Of a stretch of DNA of 64,000 bases, positions 1 to 11,427 are shown in pieces. Every line of letters starts with the position of its first letter. Positions within the stretch are counted from its first letter, which is position 1. Location: assembly GCA_963665295.1 (NCBI GenBank), contig OY762209.1, forward strand, positions 2,880,001 through 2,944,000, written 5' to 3'. The position numbers were made by a program, and so were the translations under genes. This DNA comes from Syntrophorhabdaceae bacterium. Lineage in GTDB: Bacteria; Desulfobacterota; Syntrophorhabdia; Syntrophorhabdales; Syntrophorhabdaceae. The notes below the pieces were generated by a model that had not been told where the DNA came from, ran no database searches, and was given only the letters and a program-made list of their open reading frames with translations.

Positions 1-1066
1 TTATGACACCGGCCGAGAGGAAGAGAAGGGCCTTAAAGCAGGCGTGAACGAGGAAATGATAGATGGCGGCGATCCACGCCCCTACCCCGAGGGCCAGGAA
101 CATGTAGCCGACCTGACTCATGGTCGAATAGGCGAGCACCCTCTTTATATCCTGTTGCACGAGAGCGCTTGACCCTGCGACGAGGAGCGTAACGGCGCCG
201 ATGATTGCCGTCAGGAGTTGTATCGCCGGGGCCAGCTCGAAGAAGACGTGGGTCCGGGCAATGAGATACACTCCGGCCGTCACCATGGTTGCCGCATGGA
301 TAAGTGCGCTTACCGGCGTAGGACCCGCCATGGCATCAGGCAGCCATGTCTGCAAAGGCAGTTGGGCGGACTTGGCAAGGGCCCCGCCGAGGAGGAGCGC
401 CGCGAGCATCGTGGGCATGAGGGACCCGGCGGTCCATTGTGACGATGCCTTTGCCATGGCCTGCTGGATGTCGAGGGTTCCCAGGTTATGAAAGATCAGG
501 AATAGACCGATTAGGAGGGTGGCGTCCCCGATACGCGTGACAATGAAAGCCTTGAACGCGGCCTGCACATTCTCTTCTCTTCTGTACCAGAACCCTATGA
601 GGAGATAGCTGCACAACCCGACCCCTTCCCAACCGGCGTAAAGGAGAAGAAAGTTCCCCGCAAGCACGAGTACGAGCATGGAGCCTACAAAAAGGTTCAT
701 GTAGGCGAAGAACCGTGGGTAACCTTCGTCGTCCGCCATGAACCATGTGGAGTAGAGGAGGATGAGGAAGCCTACCCAGGTAATGACGAGGACCATTACC
801 AGGGAAAGGGGGTCGAGATAGATTGAGACGGAGGGGTTGAAACCATCGATCCTCACCCATGTCCAGAGGGTCGCGCCGTACCGGTAGTACGCGGGCGGAG
901 AGGTGATAAACCCGAAGCCCATGACCGAGGCTGCCGCTGCGGACAGGCCGGAAGCTCCTGCGCCGATGACCGACGCCACGGACCGCGGAAATCCCGCTCC
1001 CAGGAGAAGAAGGGCCAGGAAAGCCATGAAAGGCGAGGCCAATACAACCCAGAGAAGTTCACTCAT
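1..1066 (-). CDS. nuoL: NADH-quinone oxidoreductase subunit L (partial; 3' end beyond window)
   Basis: Not in the ORF track because it has no stop in the window. Manual translation from ATG at 1066 gives MSELLWVVLASPF...YLDPLSLVMVLVITWVGFLILLYSTWFMADDEGYPRFFAYMNLFVGSML, and further on KSAQLPLQTWLPDAMAGPTPVSALIHAATMVTAGVYL. Follows nuoK. Confidence 0.95.
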   Translation of the reverse strand, partial: MSELLWVVLASPFMAFLALLLLGAGFPRSVASVIGAGASGLSAAAASVMGFGFITSPPAYYRYGATLWTWVRIDGFNPSVSIYLDPLSLVMVLVITWVGFLILLYSTWFMADDEGYPRFFAYMNLFVGSMLVLVLAGNFLLLYAGWEGVGLCSYLLIGFWYRREENVQAAFKAFIVTRIGDATLLIGLFLIFHNLGTLDIQQAMAKASSQWTAGSLMPTMLAALLLGGALAKSAQLPLQTWLPDAMAGPTPVSALIHAATMVTAGVYLIARTHVFFELAPAIQLLTAIIGAVTLLVAGSSALVQQDIKRVLAYSTMSQVGYMFLALGVGAWIAAIYHFLVHACFKALLFLSAGVI

Positions 1067-1093
1067 TTCGCCACCCGGCCGCTCCCATCACCT

Positions 1094-1405
1094 TCATCCT
1101 TTCATCTCCGACGCGGAGTCCGCATCAAGACCCTTGTGAAGGTGGTGGAACCAGAGTAGAAGCGCGAGGGCCACCGCCACTTCGGAAGCGGCTACGGCCA
1201 GAATGAAGATGAACATGACCTGCCCGTCCGCTTCGCCCCACGACGCTCCTGCTACTATGAAGGCAAGTCCCGTCGCGTTCAGCATGATCTCCAGAGAGAG
1301 GAGTATGAAGATCAGGTCGCGACGCACAAGTACTCCCGTGAGACCTGTGACAAAGAGGAGACCTGCGAGGATCAAACCGTATTCCGTGGGTATTGCTGCC
1401 ATCAT
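1094..1405 (-). CDS. nuoK: NADH-quinone oxidoreductase subunit K
   Basis: 103 aa hydrophobic; LSLEIMLNA and AVAASEVAVALAL motifs; operon position. Confidence 0.95.
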   Translation of the reverse strand: MMAAIPTEYGLILAGLLFVTGLTGVLVRRDLIFILLSLEIMLNATGLAFIVAGASWGEADGQVMFIFILAVAASEVAVALALLLWFHHLHKGLDADSASEMKG

Positions 1406-1923
1406 GGCCTGTCCCCTCCTTTTCCAGAGCTGACCTCGCCAATATGGCGCGCCAGGTGAAAGGCACCCACAAGCCCCCCCAGGAGAAGCATGGACGCAAG
1501 CTCCACACCGAGGACGTAGGGCCCGAAGAGGCTGACCGCCACATCGTGAGGTGAGACCACCACCGCATCATAGGAAGGCTCGCCCGCCGACCGCACCGCG
1601 AGGACCAGTTCCACAGCAAGGACGGCAGAGAGAAAGACGGGGCCTGCCCACACGCGTGGAGTGAGGGGCTGCTTCCCTTCCGGCGTGGCGCCGCCCAGGC
1701 GGAGCATTATGACCACGAACACGAAAAGCACCATGATTGCCCCTGCATACACAATAACCTCCAGTGCCGCGGAAAAAGGTGCACCGAGAATGAAGAAGAC
1801 CATCCCCACAGAGAGGAAGGACACCACCAGGTAGAGCAGGGCATGGACCGGGTCGCGGCGGGTAACTACCATGACCGTGGAGATCACCGCAACAATGCCG
1901 GCTATAAGGAATAATGCATTCAT
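1402..1923 (-). CDS. nuoJ: NADH-quinone oxidoreductase subunit J
   Basis: ALEVIVYAGAIMVLFVFVVIML and YVLGVELASMLLL motifs. Confidence 0.95.
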   Translation of the reverse strand: MNALFLIAGIVAVISTVMVVTRRDPVHALLYLVVSFLSVGMVFFILGAPFSAALEVIVYAGAIMVLFVFVVIMLRLGGATPEGKQPLTPRVWAGPVFLSAVLAVELVLAVRSAGEPSYDAVVVSPHDVAVSLFGPYVLGVELASMLLLGGLVGAFHLARHIGEVSSGKGGDRP

Positions 1924-2002
1924 GGTTTCCTTGTCTCCCCGGAGCCCGCTTCGGCCGGCCGGGGTCCTTGTTCAGGAAATGTGCACAGGTATGTATGGGC
2001 TC

Positions 2003-2518
2003 TCACGGCATCAGGCTCCTTACATCCACGGGCGGCAGTTCATCGACCGCCTCGCCTTTGTCCTTTCCCTTGATCGCAAGGCCCGCCACCCGGTAGAAAT
2101 TGTATCCGGGGTATTTGCCCGGCCCGTTTATGAGCAGGTCATCCTTTTCGTAAACGAGATTCCGGCGGTCGTATTCGCCCATCTCGAAATCAGGAGTGAG
2201 CTGAATCGCGTACGTGGGGCACGCCTCCTCACAGAACCCGCAGAAAATGCACCGGGAAAAGTTAATGCGGAAGAATCCGGGATACCGCCTGCCATCGGGG
2301 CCTTCCTCCGCCTGAAGGGATATGCAGTCCACCGGACAGGCAACTGCGCAGAGGTAACAGGCAACACACCTCTCCTCCCCGTCGGGGTCGCGGGAGAGGA
2401 TGATCCGTCCCCTCCACCGGGGAGGGATATCCCTCCTTTCTTCCGGATAGAGGACGGTCTCCCGTTTTCTTACGGTATGGAGGAGGACTGTCCACATGGT
2501 CTTGAGTATGCTCAGCAA
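2003..2518 (-). CDS. nuoI: NADH-quinone oxidoreductase subunit I
   Basis: Two 4Fe-4S motifs, [12 protein letters not shown] and [12 protein letters not shown]. Confidence 0.97.
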   Translation of the reverse strand: MLSILKTMWTVLLHTVRKRETVLYPEERRDIPPRWRGRIILSRDPDGEERCVACYLCAVACPVDCISLQAEEGPDGRRYPGFFRINFSRCIFCGFCEEACPTYAIQLTPDFEMGEYDRRNLVYEKDDLLINGPGKYPGYNFYRVAGLAIKGKDKGEAVDELPPVDVRSLMP

Positions 2519-2527
2519 TGGGGCACC

Positions 2528-3484
2528 CTAACGTCCCGTGGCGAGGACGATGCCTCCCGTCGCCACCAGGTTGAGAAGTGCAAGGGGCAGCATTATTTTC
2601 CATCCATAGGCCATCAACCGGTCATACCTGGGCCTCGGCAGCGACGCGCGCAGCAGTATGAAGCCCGAGACGAAGATAAAGGTCTTGATCCCGAACCATA
2701 CCAGGGGCGGGAGCACGGGCCCGAGCCACCCGCCGAAGAAGAAGGTGGCCACAAGGGCTGATATGAGGGTGACGTTGAGATATTCCCCCACAAAGAACAT
2801 GCCGAATTTCATGCCTGAATACTCGGAGTGATATCCGGCCACGAGTTCGTTTTCCGCCTCGGGCAGATCGAAAGGCAGTCGGTGGGTCCCTGCAATACCC
2901 GCGATAATGAATACCATCAGGCCCGCGAACTGGGGCACGCAGAACCACATGCCCCTCTGGGCCTCCACGATTTCACGGAGGCTGAAGGAACCCGCAAGCT
3001 GTACCACGCCCATAAGGGAAAGGCCCATGAACACCTCGTAGCTGATCATCTGGGCCACCGCCCTCAGGGCCCCCAATAAAGAATACTTGTTTCCCGAAGA
3101 CCACCCCGCGAGGACGGTGCTCAACACGCCGAGGCCGGTCATGGCGAGAAAGAAGGGGATCCCTATGTTCAGATCCGCCACCTGGAGTCCCGGGGCAAAG
3201 GGGATTACGGCAAAAGACACGAGGGCAGTTACCATGATGATCGCGGGGGCAAGGACGAAAAGGACTTTATCCGCAAAAGGGGGCACCCAATCTTCTTTGG
3301 TAATGATCTTTATCATATCGGCAACCACTTGGAGGAGTCCGAAGGGGCCGACCCGGTTTGGACCGTACCGGTCCTGCCATAAGGCGAGAAGTCTCCTTTC
3401 GAGCCAGATGAGCCATGCGGCGACAAGAAGCACCGAGACGAATACGCCGATGACGATGGTGAGTTGCCGGACCGTATCACTCAT
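2528..3484 (-). CDS. nuoH: NADH-quinone oxidoreductase subunit H
   Basis: [49 protein letters not shown]. Confidence 0.97.
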   Translation of the reverse strand: MSDTVRQLTIVIGVFVSVLLVAAWLIWLERRLLALWQDRYGPNRVGPFGLLQVVADMIKIITKEDWVPPFADKVLFVLAPAIIMVTALVSFAVIPFAPGLQVADLNIGIPFFLAMTGLGVLSTVLAGWSSGNKYSLLGALRAVAQMISYEVFMGLSLMGVVQLAGSFSLREIVEAQRGMWFCVPQFAGLMVFIIAGIAGTHRLPFDLPEAENELVAGYHSEYSGMKFGMFFVGEYLNVTLISALVATFFFGGWLGPVLPPLVWFGIKTFIFVSGFILLRASLPRPRYDRLMAYGWKIMLPLALLNLVATGGIVLATGR

Positions 3485-6194
3485 GGACTATCTTCCTTAT
3501 CTCAATATACGCACCCAGGGCCCCGGACGGGAACCCCGGCAACCCCGAGGGCAGCCCGGCCGTGCCCGTGGGGAGGGCGGGCCTTATGAGCAAAGGCAGA
3601 TGATACGACCCTTCCGGCGTGACGACATCCACCTTCTCACCTTCAGCGAGCCCGAGGCGGGCTGCGTCGTCCGGGTTAAGGGCTGCGTAGGGCTCGGGGA
3701 TGAGCCCCTCCACTGCGGGGGAGAAATTGCTCAACTCATCGGAGCCGAAGACGTGGAAGAGGGGGACCCTGGTAAAGGCCCCACCCGACCGGCGCCGCGG
3801 CGGCACCGGCGTGAAGTAGTCCGGACCGACGGACGCGCCCGGTTCTATGAGCCTCCGGCCCGGATCGCCCCCGTGGAGCGGTCCTCCCACCTCGGTTTGA
3901 AATTTGTTCACAGCCTGCACGGAATTCCACCCAGGGGCCCAGAAACGGGTTATGAGGGAAGGAGGGGTCTCTCCCTCGTAACCTTCCATGGAAAAGGCGA
4001 GAGGGGAATCGGGGTCGTCAGGAGGCTCCGGCTCGTGGATATCGAGGTTGGCGGTAAGGGATGTACGGCCGCTTGCCCGATGGGATTGGCGAGGGATCTT
4101 CCGGCCCATGACGCGGAACCCCGCGGGAGGCGCAATGTCCCGGACAGGCCGGAACACGGGGAGAGCCTCCGCGAGGGAAGCGATGCAATCGTCGACGGTC
4201 TCCCATGACGCGCCTTCACCCCGGCCTGTCATGGCCATGAGGTCCCGCGCCCAGCGCCAGCTTGCCTCGATGTGTCCCCGGGGAGGGAAGACCTGGAAGA
4301 ACCGTTGCCCCCGTCCTTCACTATTTACCAGGGTCCCTGTCGCTTCCGCAAATGTTGCGGCGGGAAGGACGAGTTCCGCAAGGGAGATCGTCTCATGAGG
4401 CAGATGGTCGAGGGTCACCAGATGCCGGACCTTTGCGAGGCACGTGGTGAGCCGCTCACGTCCTACCCTCCTGAAAAGGTTATTTTCAAGAATGATAACC
4501 GTATCGGCGCTGCCTTCTTCCACTGCCTCGAGGGCTTTTTCAATCCCGAGGCGGCCCATGAGGCCGAGACCGAAACTGTTTGCTTCCGGCATGACAAATA
4601 CGAGACCGACACCCGGATGTGTCCTTGACAGGGCCCGGGCTACGTTCGCCGCTCCTTCGATCACCTTACCGTTGCCCTGGTTTACGCCGGATATTATAAG
4701 GGGGCGTTCCGCGCGGGTGAGGGTTTCCGCGACATTAAGGGCAAGGGCCACGGTGCGGTCGTCAATGTCGGGCACGGGCGGGGAAAGGGGGTCGAGGTGG
4801 TGGGCGACGGCGAACCCGAGGCGGGCTATGTCATCCGGCGTTGCCCTCATGACCTCGGTGGCGGAAGGGTCGAGCCACGTGTCCGCGGGGGACGCGATGA
4901 AAAGGGGCCCCTTCCTTCCTTGAGAGGCCACGCGGGCAGCCCTGTCGTCCCAGCGCGGAATGTGGAGCCTTGTTGCCAGGGTCAGGGGTCCGTTCCGCAA
5001 CGCCTGTAATACAGCCAGGGAAAGCATGGGGGCTGTGTTGGTGATGTCCTCACCGAGGATAAGGATTGCATCCGCCGCTGCGGCGTCGGCAAGAGACGGG
5101 GTGCGGGCAGGGCCTCCCCGCAATATGTCGATCGCGAGGGAAACAAGGTCGAGTTCTTCCTGAGTCATGCCCGCGAAGAACCTCCCCTCCCCCACGAGGC
5201 ATCTCAAGGCGTAGTTGGCCTCAAGAGACGCCCTGGGGGAGCCGATGGCGACGATGCCCCTGCTTTCCGACGCGATCTCACTATAACGGCCGAGGGCGCG
5301 CTCCTTTGATGCGGGGACCATGGCGCCGGTGGCGGGTTCCCTGAGAAGGGGCTCCCGTATTTTCCCGGGATCGTTCACAAATTCATAACCGAATCGTCCC
5401 CGGTCGCAGAGAAAGTAACCGTTTACACTGCCGTTGTAACGGTTCCTCATGCGCCGGACCACGCCCGATCGCTCGCCCGGGAGGGTGTTGCAGCCGAGGG
5501 CGCAGTGAACACAGACCGAAGGGGCGCACTGAAGGTCCCAGGGCCGGGTGAAATGCTTCTTGGAGGTCTTGTCCGTGAAAACTCCGGTAGGGCATATCTC
5601 CGCGAGATTGCCGCTGAAGATGTTTTCGAGCACGCCCTCTTCATGGCGGCCGAAGTAAACCCGGTTCTGCGAGGCGAGGACGTTGAAATCGCGGCCTCCC
5701 GCGTAATCGCGGTAGAAACGCACGCAGCGGTAACACTGGATACACCGGTTCATCTCGTGGTTGATGAAGGGTCCGAGGTACTGGTTCCGATACGTCCTCT
5801 TTTTGAACCGGTTTCTGCGGTATACATGGCCCGTCATTACCGTCATGTCCTGGAGGTGGCACTCGCCCCCTTCATCGCAGACGGGGCAGTCGTGGGGATG
5901 GTTGAGCATAAGCCACTCGATATTTGCGGACCTGAACTCCCTCGCTTCCCGGTCGTCGACGGAAACCCTCATACCCTCGGCGACAGGGGTCATACAGGAC
6001 ATAACGATCCTCCCCCTGGTATCTTTGTCGTCCCTGAACAGCTTTACCGCGCATTGACGGCATGCCCCCACGGACTCGAGGGCAGGGTGCCAGCAAAAAT
6101 AAGGCACATCGAACCCGAGTGAAAGACAGGCGCGAAGCAGGCTCTGTCCTCCCGCCGTCTCATAGGGCCTGCCGTCAACCTGGATTCTGATCAT
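3477..6194 (-). CDS. nuoG: NADH-quinone oxidoreductase subunit G (long form, ~905 aa)
   Basis: [35 protein letters not shown], and the extra CVHCALGC...FLC cluster motif. ATG at 6194 overlaps the nuoF stop (ATGA); the track start at 6212 is TTG. Confidence 0.95.
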   Translation of the reverse strand: MIRIQVDGRPYETAGGQSLLRACLSLGFDVPYFCWHPALESVGACRQCAVKLFRDDKDTRGRIVMSCMTPVAEGMRVSVDDREAREFRSANIEWLMLNHPHDCPVCDEGGECHLQDMTVMTGHVYRRNRFKKRTYRNQYLGPFINHEMNRCIQCYRCVRFYRDYAGGRDFNVLASQNRVYFGRHEEGVLENIFSGNLAEICPTGVFTDKTSKKHFTRPWDLQCAPSVCVHCALGCNTLPGERSGVVRRMRNRYNGSVNGYFLCDRGRFGYEFVNDPGKIREPLLREPATGAMVPASKERALGRYSEIASESRGIVAIGSPRASLEANYALRCLVGEGRFFAGMTQEELDLVSLAIDILRGGPARTPSLADAAAADAILILGEDITNTAPMLSLAVLQALRNGPLTLATRLHIPRWDDRAARVASQGRKGPLFIASPADTWLDPSATEVMRATPDDIARLGFAVAHHLDPLSPPVPDIDDRTVALALNVAETLTRAERPLIISGVNQGNGKVIEGAANVARALSRTHPGVGLVFVMPEANSFGLGLMGRLGIEKALEAVEEGSADTVIILENNLFRRVGRERLTTCLAKVRHLVTLDHLPHETISLAELVLPAATFAEATGTLVNSEGRGQRFFQVFPPRGHIEASWRWARDLMAMTGRGEGASWETVDDCIASLAEALPVFRPVRDIAPPAGFRVMGRKIPRQSHRASGRTSLTANLDIHEPEPPDDPDSPLAFSMEGYEGETPPSLITRFWAPGWNSVQAVNKFQTEVGGPLHGGDPGRRLIEPGASVGPDYFTPVPPRRRSGGAFTRVPLFHVFGSDELSNFSPAVEGLIPEPYAALNPDDAARLGLAEGEKVDVVTPEGSYHLPLLIRPALPTGTAGLPSGLPGFPSGALGAYIEIRKIVHE

Positions 6195-7471
6195 GTTCTC
6201 CGGTACGGACAACGTCCCTCCTCAATATGGCGCACAAAATCTTCCCGGAAGTATTTGAGCGCGCTCTGAAGGGGCTCCATTGCCCCAGGGGCGTGGGCGC
6301 AGTAGGTACGACCCGGGCCGAGAAGCCTTGTTTGTTCTTCGAGGAGTGCCATATCCTCTTCCTGCCCCTCTCCGTTTTCGATAGCCTCCACTATTCGGGC
6401 AACCCAGGGGAGACCCTCCCGGCAGGGTGTGCACCAGCCGCACGACTCCCGGGCAAAGAAGCGTTCCAGATTTGCCACCATGCCCACTATGCAGGTATGG
6501 TCGTCGAGGACGATCATGGTCCCCGTGCCGAGGCGGCTTCCCGCCTTCTGCACGGAATCGTAATCCATCTTCGTATCCAGATGTTCCCCGCACAGAAAAT
6601 CGGTTGACCCTCCACCGGGAAGGAAACCCTTCAGGGCGAAGCTGTCCCTCATGCCCCCGGCGTGTTCTTCCAGGAGTTCCCTCATGGTAATGCCCATGGG
6701 AAGCTCCCATGTTCCCGGTCTTTTCACCCTTCCGCTCACGCCGTATATCTTGGTACCCCCGTCCTGCGACCTGCTGAGGGTCCTGTACCAGTCCGCCCCG
6801 TTTCTGATGATGTGGGGGACATTGGACAGGGTTTCCGCGTTATTCACTATGGCCGGCCTTCCCCAGAGCCCGGACATCTGGGGAAAGGGAGGTTTTGAGC
6901 GGGGTATTGCCCGCTTGCCCTCGAGGGCATTCAACAGGGCGGTCTCCTCGCCGCAGATATAACGACCCGCGCCCACGTGGAGGCGCATATGGAGGTTGTA
7001 TCCTGATTTCAGGATGTTATCCCCCAGGTATCCCGCCTCATATGCCTCGTCTATGGCCTTCCTGATTCTCAGGGCCGACTCGCCGTATTCCCACCTCAGA
7101 AAGACGTATGCCTTCGAGGCCCTGGTGGCGTAACCGCCTATGATCATACCCTCGATGAGCTGGTGGGGATTTCCCTCCATGAGGAGCCTGTCTTTGAAAG
7201 CTCCCGGCTCCATCTCGTCGGAATTGGATATGAAGTATCTCGGAAAAGACGCGTCGTCGTCCGGGGGTTCCACAGACCACTTCTGGCCGGTGGGAAAACC
7301 TGCCCCTCCTCTGCCTCGGAGGTTGGAGGCCGTCACCTCTTTGCGCACGTCGGCGGGTGTCATACGATCAAGGGCCTTTCTCAAACCTTCGTAGCCCCCG
7401 CGCAATTCATACTCCCTGATTGTGAGCGGTTGTCCGTTGGGTCTCATGTTTTCGGTGAGTGGTCGTTCCAT
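6191..7471 (-). CDS. nuoF: NADH-quinone oxidoreductase subunit F
   Basis: LRGRGGAGFPTGQKW, DEMEPG, GAGRYICGEETAL, ESCGWCTPCREG. Start placed at MERPLT, just after the nuoE stop. Confidence 0.96.
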   Translation of the reverse strand: MERPLTENMRPNGQPLTIREYELRGGYEGLRKALDRMTPADVRKEVTASNLRGRGGAGFPTGQKWSVEPPDDDASFPRYFISNSDEMEPGAFKDRLLMEGNPHQLIEGMIIGGYATRASKAYVFLRWEYGESALRIRKAIDEAYEAGYLGDNILKSGYNLHMRLHVGAGRYICGEETALLNALEGKRAIPRSKPPFPQMSGLWGRPAIVNNAETLSNVPHIIRNGADWYRTLSRSQDGGTKIYGVSGRVKRPGTWELPMGITMRELLEEHAGGMRDSFALKGFLPGGGSTDFLCGEHLDTKMDYDSVQKAGSRLGTGTMIVLDDHTCIVGMVANLERFFARESCGWCTPCREGLPWVARIVEAIENGEGQEEDMALLEEQTRLLGPGRTYCAHAPGAMEPLQSALKYFREDFVRHIEEGRCPYRRT

Positions 7472-7485
7472 GTTTTCTTCTTTGC

Positions 7486-7950
7486 CTACGGATGATTGTC
7501 GAGAATGGCGGCGAGACGCTGCCGGTCCAGGTCCCCGTAAAGCCTTCCGTCTACCATCATGGCCGGTGCGTGGTCGCAGGCTCCTATACAGCTCACGGGT
7601 AACAGGGTAAACCTTCCGTCCTCCGTGGTCTCGCCAAATCCGATGCCCAGGCGTTCCAACAGGTAATCCAGAACATCCTCGAACCCCAGGATCCAGCAGG
7701 TAACGCTGTCGCACACGAGGATGATGTGCCTGCCGACAGGCCTGCGGAAGATGAAGGGATAGAAAGTGGCCACCCCGTCGAGTTCATCGGCGGTCATGCC
7801 GAGGAGGGTCGCGAGGTCCTTCACCGCTTCATCGGAGACAAAGCCGCGGGAACGCTGAATGACCCTCAGCGCCTCCACCGAGGCGGCCGCCGGTTCTTCC
7901 AGTGTATCCAGTTCCGCCTCTATGTCTCTCAGTTCCCCTTCACTCAACAT
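7486..7950 (-). CDS. nuoE: NADH-quinone oxidoreductase subunit E
   Basis: GVATFY, CDSVTC and CIGACD 2Fe-2S ligands. Confidence 0.96.
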   Translation of the reverse strand: MLSEGELRDIEAELDTLEEPAAASVEALRVIQRSRGFVSDEAVKDLATLLGMTADELDGVATFYPFIFRRPVGRHIILVCDSVTCWILGFEDVLDYLLERLGIGFGETTEDGRFTLLPVSCIGACDHAPAMMVDGRLYGDLDRQRLAAILDNHP

Positions 7951-7975
7951 AGCCTTTCACTCCTGCGTAAGACCC

Positions 7976-9736
7976 TCAACGGTCCACGTCGGCAAGTACA
8001 TAATCCATGCTGCCTAATATAGCGACGAGATCGGCGATCATCAATCCCCGGCAAAGCATGGGAACGGTCTGAAGATGGGCGAAGGAAGGTGTCCTGATCC
8101 GCGTCCGGTAAGACATGGCGCCCCCGTCGCTTATGAGATAATAACTATTGATGCCCTTTGTTGCCTCCACTGCGGACGCGGCTTCCCCGGGGGGGATAAC
8201 GGGTCCCCAGCTCACGCTCAAGAAATGGGCGATCAATGTCTCGATGTCCCTTATGGTCCGCTCCTTGAGAGGGGGTGTGGCAAGGGGGTGGTCGGACTTG
8301 TAGGAACCGGAGGGCATATTCTCCACGCACTGCGCGATGATCCTGAGACTCTGGCGTATCTCCTCGGCCCGAACCAGGGCCCGGCTGTATGAATCCCCGT
8401 CGGTGGCCGTAGGCACGTCGAAGTCAAACTGATCGTATCCGGAGTAGGGCCGTTTCTTCCTCAGGTCCCATTCAAGGCCTGAGGCGCGCAAGTTGGGACC
8501 CGTCACACCCCACTCTATGGCCTCGTCGAGGGACAACACCCCGATCCCCCTGGTACGCGCCCTGAAGAGGCGGTTCTTAATGACCAGCTTGTCATATTCC
8601 TTGAGCCTGCCGGGAAGGTAGCCAAGAAAGTCGCGGACCGGTTGTGCCCACCCCTTGGGAAGGTCCTGCGCCACGCCGCCGATACGGAACCATTCGGGGT
8701 GCATCCGCCCCCCGCATATGGCTTCGATGATGCGGAATACCCGTTCCCGGTCGTTGAACATGAAGAAGACCGGGGACATGGCGCCCAGGTCCTGGGCAAA
8801 GGTGCCGTAAAAGACCAGGTGGCTTGCGATCCTGAAAAGTTCCGCGATCATGACGCGGATGACCTTTGCCCGGTCCGGTACGGTAATCCCCCCGAGTTGT
8901 TCCACGGCGAGCACGTAGGGAAGGTTATTCATGGACCCGGCAAGGTAATCGATCCGGTCCGTATAAGGGATGTATGTATGCCACGACTGCCGTTCGGCCA
9001 TCTTTTCGGCTCCCCTGTGGTGGTAGCCGATATCGAGCGCGGCATCTTTGATCTCTTCGCCGTCAAGTTCGAGGATTACTCTGAGCAGACCGTGGGTGCC
9101 CGGATGCTGGGGACCCACGTTGAGAAACATGAAATGCCCGTCTTCTCCGCCCTTCATACCCCATTCCCCGGGATGGAAGGCAAGGGCCCTTTCTTCTTCC
9201 TCTGCCTTTTCTTCGGGCAAGCGGAACGGAGCCATCTCGGTGGCCCGGGCAGGGTGTTCCTTGCGGAGGGGGTGGTCGCTCCAGGTGGAAGGCATGAGGA
9301 TGCGCCTCAGGTCCGGGTGCCCCCTGAAGGTGATGCCGAACATGTCCCACACCTCCCGCTCGTACCAGTTGGAAGAGGGCCAGATATCGACAATGCTCGG
9401 GGCTTCCGGCATGTCTCCCGTAAGGGGCACCTTCACCCGAAGGTCCTCGTTCCTGCCGTGGGACAGAAGATGATATACGAGACTGAAATCTCGTCGCGGT
9501 TGGTCTTCGCAACGGGTCCGCCCACGTTCGTCTATAGCGGTGAGGTCATAGAGCATCCGGTAGGGCTCGTGCACCCCGTTCTTGAGAAAGTGGAGCATGT
9601 CCTTGAGCATGGACTCTCCAGCCCATATTGTGGGGATTGCGTCCATGGTCGCCTGCCGGCGGACCGCCTCCACGCCGAAATGCGCCTGGAGTTCGGTCAC
9701 CACGTCCTCACGAAAAGGGCTCGACACGTTGTCCAT
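7976..9736 (-). CDS. nuoC: NADH-quinone oxidoreductase fused subunit C/D
   Basis: NuoC part [21 protein letters not shown] fused to NuoD part [11 protein letters not shown]...DRIDYL...[14 protein letters not shown]. Confidence 0.96.
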   Translation of the reverse strand: MDNVSSPFREDVVTELQAHFGVEAVRRQATMDAIPTIWAGESMLKDMLHFLKNGVHEPYRMLYDLTAIDERGRTRCEDQPRRDFSLVYHLLSHGRNEDLRVKVPLTGDMPEAPSIVDIWPSSNWYEREVWDMFGITFRGHPDLRRILMPSTWSDHPLRKEHPARATEMAPFRLPEEKAEEEERALAFHPGEWGMKGGEDGHFMFLNVGPQHPGTHGLLRVILELDGEEIKDAALDIGYHHRGAEKMAERQSWHTYIPYTDRIDYLAGSMNNLPYVLAVEQLGGITVPDRAKVIRVMIAELFRIASHLVFYGTFAQDLGAMSPVFFMFNDRERVFRIIEAICGGRMHPEWFRIGGVAQDLPKGWAQPVRDFLGYLPGRLKEYDKLVIKNRLFRARTRGIGVLSLDEAIEWGVTGPNLRASGLEWDLRKKRPYSGYDQFDFDVPTATDGDSYSRALVRAEEIRQSLRIIAQCVENMPSGSYKSDHPLATPPLKERTIRDIETLIAHFLSVSWGPVIPPGEAASAVEATKGINSYYLISDGGAMSYRTRIRTPSFAHLQTVPMLCRGLMIADLVAILGSMDYVLADVDR

Positions 9737-9739
9737 TCT

Positions 9740-10384
9740 TTATCCGATCTCATCAGGAGAACGAAGGAGCGTCGCCGCCCGTCTCGCCTCCCTTTTCAGG
9801 TCACGCATGGACGGCTGCTCTGCCCGGATTACCCGGTTCGGGCCCACCACCCAGGAAAGAGGACGCCTTTCCCGTCCCACCGCCCTTTGGAGCAGGAGAA
9901 GACCCTCCATGAATGCGTCGGGGCTTGGGGGACATCCGGGGACGTAGACGTCCACGGGAAGAAACTTATCCACCCCCTGTACCACGCTATAAATATCATA
10001 CATGCCGCCCGAATTGGCGCACGACCCCATGGAGATTACCCATCGGGGCGCCATCATCTGGTCGTAGAGTCTTTTGATTACAGGGGCCATCTTTATGAAG
10101 GGGGTGCCCGCGACGATCATGAGGTCCGCTTCCCTGGGCGTGCCCCGAATGACCTCCGCACCGAAGCGGGCGATGTCATAGCGGCTCGTGAGGCTTGTGG
10201 CCATCTCCACGTAGCAGCACGAAAGACCGAAATTGAAGGGCCACAGGGAACTCTTGCGCCCCCACGCCACGAGGTTTTCAAGTGTGGCCAATACAAGATT
10301 CTTTTTTATCCCCTCCTCCAGGGAGGCCTTTTCCGTGACATGGGAGGAAAAGCTGTCTCCCGGCTTCGATAATGACCATTTCAC
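9740..10384 (-). CDS. nuoB: NADH-quinone oxidoreductase subunit B
   Basis: [26 protein letters not shown]. Confidence 0.97.
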   Translation of the reverse strand: MKWSLSKPGDSFSSHVTEKASLEEGIKKNLVLATLENLVAWGRKSSLWPFNFGLSCCYVEMATSLTSRYDIARFGAEVIRGTPREADLMIVAGTPFIKMAPVIKRLYDQMMAPRWVISMGSCANSGGMYDIYSVVQGVDKFLPVDVYVPGCPPSPDAFMEGLLLLQRAVGRERRPLSWVVGPNRVIRAEQPSMRDLKREARRAATLLRSPDEIG

Positions 10385-10390
10385 CGTTTT

Positions 10391-10801
10391 TTATCCTCCG
10401 GTCCCGCTTCCCGTCCCTTTCCTCGACGTTCCCCAGTCCAGGGCGCCCATGCGGGAGAGATAGACAAGGGCGGCGAGGAGAATTCCTATGAAGACCACTG
10501 CCTCCGTGTATCCCGGCCACCCGAGCCCCCGAAGGGCGACAGCCCAGGCGTAAATGAAGAGGGCTTCAACGTCGAAGATCACGAAAAGCATGGCCACTAT
10601 ATAGTATTTCGCGGTGAAGGGCGTCCTGGCAGCCCCGGTAGGAGGCATACCCGATTCGTAGGGTTCCCCGGTCGTTCTGCCCGAATGTTTCTCGCCCAGC
10701 ACATAGGATACGAGGATCATGAGCCCGGACACAGCTACCGCACAACCGAAAAACACGGCCAGGGACCAAAAAGAAGTTGCCGCAGAGACCTCACCGTTCA
10801 A
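10391..10801 (-). CDS. nuoA: NADH-quinone oxidoreductase subunit A
   Basis: PYESG and YYIVAMLFVIFDVEALF, GALDW. TTG start is uncertain. Confidence 0.93.
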   Translation of the reverse strand: MNGEVSAATSFWSLAVFFGCAVAVSGLMILVSYVLGEKHSGRTTGEPYESGMPPTGAARTPFTAKYYIVAMLFVIFDVEALFIYAWAVALRGLGWPGYTEAVVFIGILLAALVYLSRMGALDWGTSRKGTGSGTGG

Positions 10802-11051
10802 GAATCACCTTCTCCCGTGTAACCGGTCCGGCTCATGGGGATCAAAACCGGACATGTACAATCCGGCGCCGGCCAATCGACCCTATCCGCGCACAACAGA
10901 GACTTCCGGGCCGACCGTGAACTAAATCTAATGTCCTCAACCTTTCTTGTCAACGAGGCCGAGGACGGACCCCGGCCGTTGTGGCCCGCTCTTCGGGGGG
11001 ACTTGCCTTGAACAGGAAACCGGTCTTATCTTTAGTTGCAGGAGGTACGAC

Positions 11052-11311
11052 ATGTCGGACTTCTATCAGAGGGGAGACAGAGGACTTTGCAGCCACCGGG
11101 CTCCCCGGGTCGATACTATCGCATTGAGACTCGAGAAGCATTCCGCCGAGACGCCCCTGACCATCGTTGCCGCCCCCCCCTACTGCGAACCGGAGAACCG
11201 CAAGGCCCCGGATATGCTTCAGGATATGAAAACAGCGCCGCCATCCACGACATCACTTTACGCAGGGACGAGGAAGTCCCGGGCGACGGAGAACATAGAT
11301 TAACGTTGTAG
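11052..11311 (+). pseudogene. Degraded N-terminal remnant of a glucosyl-3-phosphoglycerate synthase-like glycosyltransferase
   Basis: GGAGGT RBS then MSDFYQRG...LEKHSAETPLTIV...YCEPE...PDMLQDMKTAP. This resembles, from memory, the MxDFYQxG...LExFSxxRPxxLVLPxLYSELE N-terminus of that family. No full-length ORF follows. Confidence 0.45.
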
Positions 11312-11427
11312 TGAATTGAGTAACGCGTAAACGTACTATGTCAGACCCGGCAACCGGATCATCGCGTGTCCCGTGAAGCGGGAAACGCCTCGCGGATAAT
11401 GCCGGCTATGTAGAGGGAGGGAAGATC

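Noticed and set aside
486..1062. Apparent fragmentation of nuoL into short ORFs in the track
   Set aside because: The translated parts of the true frame from 1066 are normal NuoL; it is missing from the track only because it has no stop in the window.
2860..2910. NuoH has AGTHR instead of the common AETNR
   Set aside because: This position also varies in enterobacterial-type NuoH, so it is not evidence of inactivation.
8642..10372. 576-aa plus-strand ORF, and similar long ORFs at 3087-4208, 11916-13289, 16425-17603 and 56584-57792
   Set aside because: Antisense shadows of well-supported genes (nuo, treT, rnr, rpsA) with no motifs of their own.
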